DNA of 32,000 nt, taken from positions 5,523 through 37,522 of the forward strand of contig CAZECW010000003.1 of assembly GCA_964510585.1 (NCBI GenBank). The letters are read 5' to 3'. Numbering within the stretch: position 1 is the first letter of the stretch; every line of letters begins with the position of its first letter. The DNA is from an uncultured archaeon. GTDB lineage: Archaea; Asgardarchaeota; Jordiarchaeia; Jordiarchaeales; Jordiarchaeaceae. The notes under the pieces are model-generated. The model was not told the DNA's origin and made no database searches. It was given only the letters and a program-made list of their open reading frames with translations. The position numbers and the translations under genes are program-made. Below, one piece after another: positions 8,559 through 17,970 of this stretch.

Positions 8559-11264
8559 TTATGTTGGGAAGGCTGTTTTTATTTCTTCGTAGAGTTCGGG
8601 GAAGCTGTTTAACCATTCTTTTCTTTCTTTTTTGAGTTGTTGAACCATTTCTTCTATTTGCTCAATGCTGTACCACCTTTCTAGTTTAAATTTTTCCATG
8701 TCTACGCCTTCCACCTCTTTGGGCACTAATGTGCCGAAGTATGGTTCGGGTATCCACTCTATGTTGTTTCTGGCTATGCCTCGGATTATGGAGGCCATTT
8801 CTTTTATCTGGATTCGTTCCACTTTTCTCTTAATTATGCTTATTCCTTCTTCATTTACTTCTCTAAGTTCTCCCACTCCACCGGTGTTTATAAGGTAGCA
8901 CTGCACCTTGTCTCCCAGTCCTTTTAGTATTTCGTAGAACCTGTTTCCCTCTTGGCCTTTGCTTCCCACTATGAAGGGATTTGTTCCTACTTCGCGTACT
9001 GACTGTCCTGCTCTTTTGGGGTCGCTTCCCGAACTTTCAATTGATTCTCCAAGCATGAATGCGGCTGCGGCTTGTTCAATGGTTAGTTTGGATGCTATTG
9101 GTACTACGGTGTTTCTTCTGGTAATCATTAGGACTATTAGTCCGTCGACGTCTTTTAGGGGAGGGAGGTTAACTGAGGGGCTTTTGTACTTTCCAAAGTC
9201 GTCTCTCTGCATTATTCCGCGTCCGTTGCCTGTGAGTATGTCGCTTTCAAATAGCACGTTTCCCTTGTAGTCCACCATAACGTTTTCCAGTATAGCGCTG
9301 GGTTTGGTCACCGCATTGTAGATTAGGGGCTGTATTTCTGGGTTTAGGTCTTCTGTTTTTAGGTAGAATCCTCTCTCGGTTCCTAGGGCTGAGCCGTCTG
9401 GTCTTAGTGCTACGAAGTCGTCTTGTACTATTTCGATTCCCTCACCATCTGCTTCGTTAAGGTCGTGGGTGTGGCAGCTGTGGGTGGTTTTACCTGTTGC
9501 GGTGAGTCCGAATATTAGCGTATTGTACGTTTTTATTTTTCCCGTTTTGGCATCTCTTGCTCTTATGATTTTTGCTCCGGCGTGTAATCCGAGCATTCCC
9601 TGCTGTTTGGCGAACCACATGGCCATTCTCAAGAAGCCCTTTTTAGCCTCGCCGTAATAGTCGGTTCCCAGAATGAATGTTACTCCAATTTCTGGAAATA
9701 CTATTATTTGTCGGTCCTTTTCCTGCCATTCTGGAATGTAAACTATGTATAGGTGGGGGCCGTTATAGTTTTCTTTTGGGTCGAATAGTGTTTGGTTGAC
9801 CATGTGGGCCAGCCTAATCATTTCTCCCCTGTGTACGGAGACGTAGAGGGTGCATCTGGGTGTGAAGTAGGGGTTATCTCCCATGGTGCGGTCAGTGCAC
9901 ACAAATGGTGCGCTCTTAATGTATTGGAGGACGTCGCTCATTGTTTTGGGTAGGTTTTTCATAAGTTCCTTCTGTTTGGGGCTCATCTCGTATTGGACTA
10001 CTTCTGGGCTTCCCACGATTATGGTTAGGCCTGCGCTTCTGTTTTTCACGGTGGAGACGAAATTATAGTTGTTGAACTTTGTTTTGGTGCCATAGGCTTC
10101 CGCCATCTCCCTGATTTTTTGTTCTGATAGGTGTTTAACATTGCTTCTATTGTAGAGCTTTTCCACGGCTTGCCTTATTTCGTTTAGGTCTATTTGGGAG
10201 ATGATTTCGTCAATTTCGGCTTTTGCCCTCTCCTTTTCTTCTATTAATGGTTCGAGATATTCTTTGGTGGTAATTATTCTTCTTACTTCCTTTTGCATTT
10301 CCAAAAGGGGATGGGCTAAATTCAGGTAGTATACCGCTGCGAATTTGAAAATATTCTTGTAAAATTCAATTTCAAGCTTTTCTCGCTTACTGCTCCGTAC
10401 CATTAGGTAGGGATTGAAGAATGGCTGCTGGGAATGTGTGAGAATCTTTATGGCTTCCTGTGGGGTGAGACGCTTAGCAATTCTTGGATCCTTGCGATAA
10501 TTTACAAGTAGAAAAATGAGCTTAATACGGGTGGTGTCCACATATTTTTCATTTCCACCTATCCACCAAGGGTCGAGCATAAAGTGGTTATTTTCCTTTT
10601 TGCTTTTTTCGTATAGTGCCTGGAGTCTTGGATAAATTTTTATGAGTTCTTTTTTTAGGAAGAATTTTCTCTCAGAGACCGATGTAGATATGCGCCCCTT
10701 TTCTCCACCAAGTTGCTCCACATATATTATGTCGTCTGAGTGTATTCTGGCTCTATCCATCTCTAAAAGGAGGAATGCATTTGTGCTGACTCCCCGCCCA
10801 GTTTCACCCATGAAGGCTACGCCCTCACCATTAATGTCTACCAGACTACCCCTCAGAAAGTTTAATCTCTCCTGTTCCTCGCAGACATCAGCAACAATCC
10901 CTAGGGCTAATGCCCGAACAAATTCATAGTTTCCAATATTGAATACTATTCCTGTTTTGGTTTCAGAGTTGTAATATATTCCGGGAGGCTCGTCGTAAAG
11001 TCCAGTAGCTGCATATATTACTCCGTGGGGGCGAAGGTTGCGGTCTATGGCTGCGGGGAACCAGTTTTCTCTCCAAAAATCATCTAAATGGGGTTCGTTG
11101 GTTCTCAATTGAATTATGTAGCCGTTTATGTTTGCGTTCCAAACGTAAATAGAATCGTAACCCATATGCCTCTCTGCTTTTTGAACCAATTCTTCCCTTT
11201 TCTCACGAGAGATTCCTACGTCGATAACGCCTTTCTTTCCGGGAACCTGCTCCATTTCAACCAT
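8559..11264 (-). CDS. pckA: Phosphoenolpyruvate carboxykinase (ATP-type) with an extra N-terminal HPr-kinase/PEPCK-like domain
   Basis: C-terminal part: GTDYYGEAKKG, GLHAGAK, P-loop FGLTATGKTT, QDD, TERGFYLKT, ENV, NGR, YLINTG. Start 11264 chosen from GAGGAG spacing (ORF is open from 11306). Confidence 0.85.
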   Translation of the reverse strand: MVEMEQVPGKKGVIDVGISREKREELVQKAERHMGYDSIYVWNANINGYIIQLRTNEPHLDDFWRENWFPAAIDRNLRPHGVIYAATGLYDEPPGIYYNSETKTGIVFNIGNYEFVRALALGIVADVCEEQERLNFLRGSLVDINGEGVAFMGETGRGVSTNAFLLLEMDRARIHSDDIIYVEQLGGEKGRISTSVSERKFFLKKELIKIYPRLQALYEKSKKENNHFMLDPWWIGGNEKYVDTTRIKLIFLLVNYRKDPRIAKRLTPQEAIKILTHSQQPFFNPYLMVRSSKREKLEIEFYKNIFKFAAVYYLNLAHPLLEMQKEVRRIITTKEYLEPLIEEKERAKAEIDEIISQIDLNEIRQAVEKLYNRSNVKHLSEQKIREMAEAYGTKTKFNNYNFVSTVKNRSAGLTIIVGSPEVVQYEMSPKQKELMKNLPKTMSDVLQYIKSAPFVCTDRTMGDNPYFTPRCTLYVSVHRGEMIRLAHMVNQTLFDPKENYNGPHLYIVYIPEWQEKDRQIIVFPEIGVTFILGTDYYGEAKKGFLRMAMWFAKQQGMLGLHAGAKIIRARDAKTGKIKTYNTLIFGLTATGKTTHSCHTHDLNEADGEGIEIVQDDFVALRPDGSALGTERGFYLKTEDLNPEIQPLIYNAVTKPSAILENVMVDYKGNVLFESDILTGNGRGIMQRDDFGKYKSPSVNLPPLKDVDGLIVLMITRRNTVVPIASKLTIEQAAAAFMLGESIESSGSDPKRAGQSVREVGTNPFIVGSKGQEGNRFYEILKGLGDKVQCYLINTGGVGELREVNEEGISIIKRKVERIQIKEMASIIRGIARNNIEWIPEPYFGTLVPKEVEGVDMEKFKLERWYSIEQIEEMVQQLKKERKEWLNSFPELYEEIKTAFPT

Positions 11265-11527
11265 TCTCATTACTCCTCGGACAGGACATCCTAGCCCACA
11301 AGTCAATACGTTTTTTTTCAGATACCAAGTTAACTACACCTTTTTATAGGTTTTCATTGTATGGCTGTTAGGGTCTCGAAGGTAGGCATTTATTTGTTAA
11401 AAATGATTCTAATTTACCGCCATTTTTATCTTTTTATGTTAAAATTAAGGTTTCGGGTATTATTTTTATACTTCTTTGTTCAATTCTAATATTGCCCTTG
11501 CAAAATTTTTCCAGTGACCCTAAAGGA

Positions 11528-11587
11528 ATGATGCTGGAAGAGCCGTATGACCATTTTTGGGATGATTTGCAAAAAGGGCACCCCCGA
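11528..11587 (+). ncRNA. Candidate C/D-box 2'-O-methylation guide sRNA
   Basis: C box ATGATGC (11528-34), 12-nt guide TGGAAGAGCCGT, D' ATGA (11547-50), linker CCATTTTTGGG, C' ATGATTT (11562-68), guide, D CCGA (11584-87). GGAAGAGCCG is the exact complement of CGGCUCUUCC, which I recall from LSU rRNA domain V of eukaryotes and many archaea. Confidence 0.65.
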
Positions 11588-11673
11588 CAGAGGTTTTTAC
11601 CCATCAAAAATTCTTCAAAAATAAACTCTGCCCAGAAAGGTAACCATTCTTCATATATTTATTGCTGTTAATT

Positions 11674-12810
11674 TTAATGGTTTATTCTGGCTGTGTTTTG
11701 TGGGAATAATTTTTCTGATATGTGTTTTGTGAGTATGTCCAAGTTTTTTCCCGTTTTTGCGGAAATTGGAATTATTCTATTTTCATTTTCGGGGCCTAGC
11801 ATATCCCTCGTAATTTCTAATACCTGTTCAAGGTTGTCTGTGTTTGTTTCGTCTATTTTGTTTAGCACTATGGTGATTTTCTGTCTCTGAACAGAGATTG
11901 CTTCTAGTACTTTTAATCCTTCACTTAGCTTTAGAGCCACTATTTCGGGGGGTTCGTTGGCTGGAAGTAAAAATATTAGGAGATCAGCGTACTGGAAGTC
12001 AATAAGATTTATTTCAAAGGAGGTCAAAAGACGAGGATCCAAATCAATTACGAAACCAATTGTGTCGACAAATAGAACGTTCTCGTTTTCTAGCCATTTC
12101 TTATATTTTGCAGAGAGAGTGGTGAAGGGCATCCCACTCACTGGCTTATCGGCTCCCGTGAGCCGGTTAAAAAGGGTGGTCTTGCCCGAATTATAGTAGC
12201 CGCCTATAGTGACTATTTTGGCTCCCTCCTCCTTCCTCCTAGTTACCTGTAATTTTTTTTCTTGGAGCATTCGGTCAATTTCCCTCTTAATGGAGGCCTC
12301 CCTCTTTGTAAAGGATTTCAGGACACTGTGCATAGCATATTCTCCCCCACTCATTAGAAAGGCGTGTTCCTCCTTGTACTTTTTTGAAACTATCACTTTG
12401 CGCAGGGGAATCTCCTTTCTCATTCTTGCCAGCTTAATCTGCAGTAGTGATAAACTGTCCGAAGCGTTAAGCTCAAAGATTTCAAGAGTCAAGTCGTACC
12501 TGTCCATAACATTTGCTTCTAACTCTCTAGATAGGTTCAAAAACTGGATGGAGGAAAGCCTATTGTAAACTATGAAATTGTCAATATCTCGAGATTTCAT
12601 AAGCTCCTTTATCTCCTGCACCTTCCCCCTCCCAAAGAGAGTACTGCTCGAGGGCTTTTTTGCCTGAACCACCTCCTCAACTACTTCGTATCCCGCGCTT
12701 GTTGCAAGCTTCTTTAACTCATCCAGCTTTACACGGAACAAGAAATGGTCGTGGAAATCAGTCTTCAGCATACCGACGCAAGCACGCCTGTTAAAAATTC
12801 TCTTTTCCAA
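11674..12810 (-). CDS. hflX: GTPase HflX
   Basis: LFGRGKVQEI, DRYDLTLEIF, LQIKLARM; G1 GYYNSGKTT, G3 DTIGF, G4 NKID, G5 SAKTG. TTG start with GAGG SD. Confidence 0.9.
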   Translation of the reverse strand: MEKRIFNRRACVGMLKTDFHDHFLFRVKLDELKKLATSAGYEVVEEVVQAKKPSSSTLFGRGKVQEIKELMKSRDIDNFIVYNRLSSIQFLNLSRELEANVMDRYDLTLEIFELNASDSLSLLQIKLARMRKEIPLRKVIVSKKYKEEHAFLMSGGEYAMHSVLKSFTKREASIKREIDRMLQEKKLQVTRRKEEGAKIVTIGGYYNSGKTTLFNRLTGADKPVSGMPFTTLSAKYKKWLENENVLFVDTIGFVIDLDPRLLTSFEINLIDFQYADLLIFLLPANEPPEIVALKLSEGLKVLEAISVQRQKITIVLNKIDETNTDNLEQVLEITRDMLGPENENRIIPISAKTGKNLDILTKHISEKLFPQNTARINH

Positions 12811-13574
12811 TTACTCGCCCTCTAAAAAATTTCTTGAAAGTTTCATGGAGGAAAGAAAACTGAATTTTCGCTGCCCTAACACACAGTGAAAATATCTTAA
12901 TCAATTTTTTCCATACCGTATATCCTCTGAAACTCGAGGAATTCTTGGCACAGTTAGAAATAAAAGAAAACATATTGCTTTTTTGTTCCAACAGGAGAAG
13001 CAGGAGCGAAATTTGTTGTGGGCTTAAAAAGAAGGATGGCAAATTGAATCTCTCCAAACGGCTGCAAGGAGAAATAAGTGTTATAACGCAGAGATGCTCA
13101 TAGCAGTATTTCTCACTTACCCGAATTCATAAAAAAGGTTCCCACCACCACTCCAGCCGCCAGAAACACCGTTGAGACTCATTTATGTGACCATTTCTCC
13201 AAAAACGACACTCAAAAAGTTTTACCGTGAGGCTACAATCTTTTCGGACACTCAGTTCGAGGGGAAATCTGGAAATTACTGTTAAAAGTGTCCATAGACA
13301 ATAATCTGCCTATTGTTCAAGGAAGGGAGTCTGTGGATTCCAGAAAATATGGCGGAAATTTTCCTTGAAAAATGGGGGAGAGGCTTCCTTGGAAAATCAT
13401 ATGCAGATAAGTGGATATACTAAATATTCGGGATTCCCAACCGAACAGAAAATAGAGCTTGAGAAGTTAACTTTATGCAAAAATTAACCTCTCACTACCA
13501 TCCATTTTTTTGCTCTTTTTTCCTCACAAAAATTAATATTTCGCTAAACATTTTTTAAAATGGAGGCCGTTCTT

Positions 13575-14297
13575 ATGCGTGTAGCAATTTTTTCTGATAT
13601 TCATTCTAACCTCTATGCACTTGAGAAGGTCTTAGAGTCTATCGAACGTGAGAGTGTAGACTTGATGCTTTGCGGCGGGGATCTGGTTGGTTATGGGCCG
13701 TTTCCTAACGAGGTTATTAATGTCTTGAGGGAGCGAAAAATACCTACATTGATGGGTAATTACGATGATGGAGTAGGATTTAATAGAGATGACTGTGGTT
13801 GCGCCTATCGTAGTCGGAGGGAAGCTGAACTGGGAGAAATTTCACTAAAATGGACTATTTCTAAGGTTACCGAGGAAAACAAATCTTTTCTAAGAAATCT
13901 TCTGGGAAACACATATTACTCTTGGAGTGGTATGAGGATTCTCCATGTTCATGGAAGCCCCCGAAGAATAAATGAGTACCTGTATGAGGACAGACCAGAA
14001 AAAAACTTGCTCAGAATGCTTGAACCACTAAAAATAGATCTTTTAGTATGTGGCCACACCCACATACCCTATCACAGGATAGTTGGGAAGATTCATATTG
14101 TAAACACTGGTAGCGTGGGAAAACCTAAGGACGGTGACCCCAGAGCCTGCTACGTACTATTGGAAATAGAAGATGGACTCACTGTCCATTTCAAAAGAGT
14201 TCCCTACGATATAGATGGAACTATCCAAGCAATAAAAAGTGTGGGTCTTCCCAGAGAATTTGCTGAGGACCTTTACTCTGCCACTTTTACACATTAA
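13575..14297 (+). CDS. Metallophosphoesterase (calcineurin-like, YfcE/MJ0936-type)
   Basis: SDIHSN, GDLVGYG, GNYD, HGSP, GHTH, NTGSVG; also a DDCGC motif. ATG 13575 lies 8 nt after GGAGG. Confidence 0.9.
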   Translation: MRVAIFSDIHSNLYALEKVLESIERESVDLMLCGGDLVGYGPFPNEVINVLRERKIPTLMGNYDDGVGFNRDDCGCAYRSRREAELGEISLKWTISKVTEENKSFLRNLLGNTYYSWSGMRILHVHGSPRRINEYLYEDRPEKNLLRMLEPLKIDLLVCGHTHIPYHRIVGKIHIVNTGSVGKPKDGDPRACYVLLEIEDGLTVHFKRVPYDIDGTIQAIKSVGLPREFAEDLYSATFTH

Positions 14298-14330
14298 AGA
14301 GTCTAACTTTCTCACTTTTCCTAGACGCCC

Positions 14331-14537
14331 TTAAATGTGGTCTTTGTAATACTCGATGAATGTTTTTAATGACCGGTCATATGTTCTTTCCAACTCTGGT
14401 GGAAAAAGACAGCCCGGAAGTTCGCCTCTTTTCCAATGATTACGTAAACATTCGCAGCACTTGCCCCTTTTACTGCAAGAAGTATAAGTGCATTTACAAT
14501 TTCTCAGATTTTCTTCAATACTACACTCTGTTTTCAT
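14331..14537 (-). CDS. Small Cys-rich protein, DUF6485-like (68 aa)
   Basis: CSIEENLRNCKCTYTSCSKRGKCCECLRNHWKRGELPGCLF...TYDRS matches my recollection of this family; 8 Cys in 68 aa. Confidence 0.7.
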   Translation of the reverse strand: MKTECSIEENLRNCKCTYTSCSKRGKCCECLRNHWKRGELPGCLFPPELERTYDRSLKTFIEYYKDHI

Positions 14538-14806
14538 TTCACAAACCCCAAAAAGCATTGGAAGTCAAAGATTCAACAAGCCCTTAAAAAATATTCCCTC
14601 ATACACACAAGTTGCAGAATTTATTTTTATTACTTTTCACATCTATCTCGGAGAATTCTTTGCAAGTTTATCTTTTCAGTTTGAAAAATTTTCAAAACTC
14701 CAAATAAAAGCATCACAAAATCTAAATTACGAGGCAAAACAGGAAAGGAAATAGCTTAATTTTTGGTGGATTCCGCATGTTAGAATATTTAACGAATCTG
14801 TAGTTG

Positions 14807-16327
14807 TTATCTTCCAGTAAGTATTAGTGAGATTAAATGTGTGATGTCTAAACCCCAGCCTAGTACGTGGGAGAATCCTAGTAGTAGGATTATTCCGATG
14901 AAGAGGCTCACAAGTGTGATGGGCACTCCAAGTTTCATGAATTCACTCCAAGAGACATGGTAGCCTTCCTTTTCTAGGGCTGTTATTCCAATCAGGTTCG
15001 GCAGGCCCCCTATGGGTGTTAGGCTGGCTCCAATGTTTGCTCCATACACTAGTGACCATATCACAAGGTTTTCGTTTATCAGAGCGGATGTGGATAGGCT
15101 GGGTGTCACATATAGTAGTGCTGTGGTTACAGAAATGTTATCTAGAATTCCCGACATCGTGGCGCAGAATACACTGACCAGGCTTGCGGTTCCCGGAACA
15201 TTGGAAAATATGAGGCCTCCCAGACTGTTTCCCATATTTTCTAGAACCTTTGTTCTATCTACACCTCCCACTATGATGAATATTCCAATGAAGAAGAATA
15301 TGAGGCTCCAGTCCACTTCCTTCAGGGTTTTCTCTGGATCCTCGCCACTCACAAATAGGAAGGCAAAAGCAAATATGAGGGACACCACGTAGAAGGGTAT
15401 GGTCAGCAGACCTGCTATGACGAATCCCGCTACAGTTGCTGAAAGCAGAATAGCTAAGCGGCGGAATATTTTTGGGTTTCTCATTAGCATCCTTTCATCG
15501 AAGGATAAAAGTTCTTCCTTTGTTTCTAGGTATCCTTCTTTGTCTTTGGGAATTTGGAATGCTTTCTTGAAGTGGCGAAATATGAAAAATATAGCCACAA
15601 CTGTGCAGATAGCTGCGAAGGGTAAACCCAGCACCAGAAAAGTGGGGTAAGAGAGGAAACGTGTGGGATCCAAGTTATAGTGGCCAGAGACTAGGATGTT
15701 AACGAAGCTACCTATAATTGTGGAGGCGCTAGCCGCGTTGACAACAAAGATTGTTCCAAGTATGTAAGGAACCGGGTCTAGATCCAGTACCCTAACTATC
15801 TGAAAGATAAGAACACTTACTATGATGAAGCATGGGTCACAGTTTAAAAGCATAGTTAGAACGAATGTTAATGCCCATATGTAAATGAAGAGTTTTCTTA
15901 TGTCTCCTTTGCTAAACTTCACCACCTTAATTATGATGTACTCGAAGAGTCCCGAGCGGCTGGCAACCGTAGTAATAATAACTATAGAAATAATTATGAG
16001 CAGAGTAGACCAGTTCACAAACTCTTTATATACATCATCATAGGAAAACAGTAGTTCATGGCTTACCAGCCCTCCCGAGACATAATATGTAAAGTAGGGA
16101 ACCCAAGAATAGAGCGCTGAGAAAACACCACCAGCTATGAGCGTAGCCACAGCTCCCCCTAGGGCTGCTATAGTTCTGTGGAGGCGTTCAGTTGCAATCA
16201 AAGCAAAAGTTACGATAAGTATACTAGTGAAAACTACCTGAGCGGAAACAGGCGGCTGGATAAACCATTGAGCCCACTCGGGAATAAGAGAAGCTTCCAA
16301 GGATTCCAAGCCAAACATATTCTTCAA
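14807..16327 (-). CDS. ArsB/NhaD/SLC13-type ion transporter (IT superfamily permease)
   Basis: Many hydrophobic helices; VNWSTL, LNCDP, TIIGSFVNIL, VDWSLIFFFIGIF, SGILDNI, GANIGASLTPIGGLPNLI. TTG start after AGGAGG (alternative ATG 16318). Confidence 0.8.
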   Translation of the reverse strand: MKNMFGLESLEASLIPEWAQWFIQPPVSAQVVFTSILIVTFALIATERLHRTIAALGGAVATLIAGGVFSALYSWVPYFTYYVSGGLVSHELLFSYDDVYKEFVNWSTLLIIISIVIITTVASRSGLFEYIIIKVVKFSKGDIRKLFIYIWALTFVLTMLLNCDPCFIIVSVLIFQIVRVLDLDPVPYILGTIFVVNAASASTIIGSFVNILVSGHYNLDPTRFLSYPTFLVLGLPFAAICTVVAIFFIFRHFKKAFQIPKDKEGYLETKEELLSFDERMLMRNPKIFRRLAILLSATVAGFVIAGLLTIPFYVVSLIFAFAFLFVSGEDPEKTLKEVDWSLIFFFIGIFIIVGGVDRTKVLENMGNSLGGLIFSNVPGTASLVSVFCATMSGILDNISVTTALLYVTPSLSTSALINENLVIWSLVYGANIGASLTPIGGLPNLIGITALEKEGYHVSWSEFMKLGVPITLVSLFIGIILLLGFSHVLGWGLDITHLISLILTGR

Positions 16328-16908
16328 TCATTCCTCCTTGAGAGGATATACTTCTCACTAGAAAATCGAAGAACCAAACCCACAAACCATCATTGTTATG
16401 ATAGAGATTATTATGAAGGTTTCTCTTAAATGTAATGGTTACTCGAAATCCAAATTATTTCTATCTTAGCCATAAACTTTTATATAACCTTATCTAAATT
16501 TTGACACTCCTACGACTCGGAATCGGGGGCCTTCTCGCCAACAGTTTTGTAAGCCGCATCATGTAAATAGAAGACTTCAAAGGAAATATTCAGCTAGTCG
16601 GACCAAACTACTTCTTCAAGGGAACCTTCATCTTCTTCCAAACAGCACCAATAAGAGTAACTGAAGCCTCAAAAAAACTAGGTTCCCACCTGATTAACGC
16701 AATCCTAAACCTCATTTTTTTCTACTGGTGCTAATCCTGATTTCTTGGCCTCGGAAAGTTTTCATATTATTGTTTTTGCAGCGTCTATCCATAGCGCACG
16801 AAAAAAATATTGCAATTAGAAATCACTTATACCTAACAATTAAAAAGTTGTCAAAGGGTTTTATGTCCTCAAGGGGATATGCTGGTTCCTGTCATCATTT
16901 AAACATAT

Positions 16909-17745
16909 TTATTCTTCTAGTTCTATACCTGTTTCCCTTTTTTCTTCTTCGCCCTTTATTCTTTTCAGGGCCCAGGCTGCCTTCTTTTGCACCCTCCAGT
17001 CAGAGTCCTTTAAAACTCTAGTTAGGGGTTCCACTGCTGTGGGCTCCCTCATTTCTCCTAGAGCCCAAACAGCCTTGTAGCGTATTTCCCCCTTTTCTGT
17101 AAGGACCTCTACTAGAGCTTTTGCAGCTCTGGGGTCTCCTATGGCTCTCAGGGCGTCTATGGTTTTTATGACAACTTCTTTGTCCTTATCTTTTAGTTTT
17201 TTTGTTAGGGGTATAACTGCTTCGGGATCCTTTATCTCTCCCAAAGCCCAGGCTGCGGTGCTGCGTACCTGCCAGTCCCTATCTCCAAGAGCTTTTATCA
17301 GGGCACCCACTGCTTCATTGCTTTTTATTTCCCCAAGGGCACGTGCAGCGTTTCTGCGCACCGCAAAGTTTTTGTCCTTAAGTGCCCGAGTTAAGGCTTT
17401 TACTCCTTTAGGATGCTTGATCCACCCAATGGCCAGGGCTGCGGTGCTGCGTACCTGCCAGTCCTTATCTTTTAGCTTGGTGGTTAGCGCGTAAATGGCT
17501 CGGGGGTCCCCAATTTCTCCAAGGGCTTCTATTATAGGTAAACTAGACTGGCCTTTACTAATTGTTAGTGCCTCTATTAGGGGTTTAACTGCGGGCTCGC
17601 CCATTTTTACTAGAAACTCGAAGAAGCTGGAACTAATTTTATCATTTTCATCCGAAAGTATTTTTATCATTCTGTCCAATGCTTCCTTTTCGCCCTTCTG
17701 ACACTCCTCCACAATACTTCCAAAGTTATCCTGCTCATTTAACAT
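16909..17745 (-). CDS. HEAT-repeat (PBS-lyase-like) protein
   Basis: About six 31-aa repeats of type L.D.DW.VR..AA.ALGEI.D..AV..L. Confidence 0.9.
   Translation of the reverse strand: MLNEQDNFGSIVEECQKGEKEALDRMIKILSDENDKISSSFFEFLVKMGEPAVKPLIEALTISKGQSSLPIIEALGEIGDPRAIYALTTKLKDKDWQVRSTAALAIGWIKHPKGVKALTRALKDKNFAVRRNAARALGEIKSNEAVGALIKALGDRDWQVRSTAAWALGEIKDPEAVIPLTKKLKDKDKEVVIKTIDALRAIGDPRAAKALVEVLTEKGEIRYKAVWALGEMREPTAVEPLTRVLKDSDWRVQKKAAWALKRIKGEEEKRETGIELEE
17251..17464. repeat. Identical 28-nt direct repeat inside the HEAT gene (17251-17278 and 17437-17464)
   Basis: GGCTGCGGTGCTGCGTACCTGCCAGTCC occurs twice, 186 nt apart (two 31-aa repeat units). Confidence 0.9.
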
Positions 17746-17970
17746 CTTTTTTCCGACTTCCCAAAAAACGCCCTTGAGATATTATAAATAATCACTCTTT
17801 AATAAATCTGTTTGAGTATGGGAATAATTTGCAGAAAAAGGTAGACACTTGTAGAGCAGCTTTTTATAGAAACCTGAAATTTTTCTGAAAAGGATGGGTG
17901 ACATTTGTGTTGCGCTGAATTGTTAAAAAGAAGACTTTTTGGGAACTTAGGATGGAGGGCGGTGAACTTT

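Noticed and set aside
8444-8635. 63-aa Phe/Val-rich ORF that looks like a membrane peptide
   Set aside because: A by-product of the extreme T/G-rich tract; it overlaps the pckA 3' end on the opposite strand.
12120-12200. HflX G1/G2 deviations (GYYNSGKT, FTTLSA)
   Set aside because: The Walker A Lys, switch Thr, DxxG and NKxD are intact; this is ordinary divergence.
12791-13057. 88-aa ORF upstream of hflX
   Set aside because: Low-complexity composition, no motif, and it overlaps the hflX SD and start.
13071-13118. Imperfect hairpin (GAGAAATA...TATTTCTC) considered as a SECIS or riboswitch
   Set aside because: No selenoprotein nearby, no clear SECIS core, and only an 8-bp clean stem.
17885-17930. 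CTGA...GGGTGA...CTGA as a C/D sRNA
   Set aside because: No acceptable upstream C box and no recognisable guide target.
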